A stretch of DNA of 63,234 nucleotides, filler included, from Octopus bimaculoides (lineage: Eukaryota), in NCBI RefSeq assembly GCF_001194135.2. It is 6 parts of 6 records of this genome, joined end to end, with 100 filler letters (N's around TTAATTAATTAA, not from the genome) between each part and the next. Parts side by side here need not be neighbours in the genome. Positions count along the whole stretch, not along the records: positions 62,014 to 63,234 come from NC_069002.1; 5 more parts are not named here. One strand, given 5' to 3'. Below the pieces are notes generated by a model. That model searched no databases. It saw only the letters and a list, made by a program, of their open reading frames with translations, and was not told the DNA's origin. The position numbers and the translations under genes are program-made. Below are positions 61,914 to 63,234 of the stretch, one piece after another; position 1 is the stretch's first letter; the number at the start of each line of letters is the position of its first letter.

Positions 61914-62952
61914 NNNNNNNNNNNNNNNNNNNNNNNNNNNNNNNNNNNNNNNNNNNNTTAATTAATTAANNNNNNNNNNNNNNNNNNNNNNNNNNNNNNN
62001 NNNNNNNNNNNNNATATATATATATATACATGAGCCTTAGGATCGTTTTACAAAGCGAGGTGTGTTACAGATATTCGAACTAACATCCATTGCAGTCAGG
62101 AGATTCCATCCCACGAGACTCAGCCCCACCACCAATCTTGCAGCTCCTGTATCGGCGCTACATTTCCTTTTCTCGTTACTTCGTAATAAAATTATTGTTA
62201 CCTGAAATATGTATTATATATATCATAAACACATGTGCACGCACACACACAACACCTACACATACCTACACAAATATGTGTGTGTATGTGTGAACGTGTG
62301 TGTGTATGTGTATACATGAATGTATATATAGATTTAAGCCTGTGTACAAATTTGTACATCCAGTCTTTCTATGGCACCATTGTCCATTATAGCAGACCGC
62401 TCGACCAGCCTAAATAAACTATTGTATTTCAAGTTGGTATTGAGTACCTCTTCTCCCGTTCATTATGTAAAAACCTCCAGGGATTAATTGCAGATTTTCT
62501 TTCGGTTTTATTTTTCCATGCATTGTTGTCATGACATGATTACCTGAGCCACTACTCTCAGCACCGCCACCTATAAGACCCCAAACTAGCGCCACCGTCA
62601 TCTCTTCCAGCATCATCACAACAACCGGAAACCGCAACGATGATAGAAGACGAGATGTATCACAATATATGAATAACTTGCTGTATTACACATAAACATC
62701 GCACAACCGGGTATAAATTACCCTGCAATAAAAATAACAAACAATAACAACATGGAGAGAGATATGGTAAGGGTTCTATTCGTGTTAAGAAAATATATAT
62801 AATAATTGGAATAGTGATATTAATTATAATAATAATAATAATAATTATAAAAGTAATAATAATTATAATTGAATAATATTTTCTCATATTAACACAACGC
62901 CACCATCTTACAGACAATTAGCATGATCGATTAAATCGAATATTTATGTGCA

Positions 62953-62991
<39 letters not shown>

Positions 62992-63234
62992 GCATGTATG
63001 TGTATGTGTAGTGTTGCTTCTGTCGTTCTGCCATTGGTTTTGTTGGCTATGTTAATATAGACACTCGTATTTAGTGTTAGATGATAGAAACTTCAGCATT
63101 CAATGCCAATGTTGTTTGTCTTTTGGGTGTTCTTGCCCAGTATTCGACAATTCGAAGTCGCTTTTGCTGTACTTTCATTTATATGCGAACGTGTTTCTGC
63201 GTGTATCTGTCATATATATATATATATATATATA

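Noticed and set aside
62419-62637. Minus-strand ORF with a CAG|GTAATC donor-like site at ~62545
   Set aside because: There is no recognisable domain, no clear acceptor and no neighbouring exon; low-complexity GGT/GAT-rich sequence explains it.

Overview
AT-rich, microsatellite-dense eukaryotic DNA with many assembly gaps. It is probably intronic or intergenic; the SINE and microsatellite make-up suggests a cephalopod such as Octopus, which is inference only. I find no convincing host protein-coding exon and no true rRNA or tRNA gene. The ORF-track hits are microsatellite read-throughs, N-gaps or transposon fragments. The window is a layered transposon graveyard. It contains Penelope-like elements (PLEs) of two types, Tx1/L1-clade LINEs, RTE LINEs, R4/Dong-like RLE LINEs and a Gypsy integrase remnant. 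It also contains a head-to-tail Helitron array, Helentron-type non-autonomous elements, hAT and Tc1/mariner/maT remnants, and three tRNA-headed SINE families. The most interesting signal is at RNA level: about nine minimal type-I hammerhead ribozyme (HHR) motifs from four sequence families, two of them with an apparently intact core (579-624 on -, 53771-53843 on +). In one family the PLE terminal repeat carries a tRNA-like Pol III A/B-box head 80-95 nt upstream of the ribozyme, predicting a self-terminating ~200-nt RNA cassette built into a Poseidon-type PLE. A tRNA SINE that shares its 3' tail with a Tx1-clade LINE in the same window is also notable.
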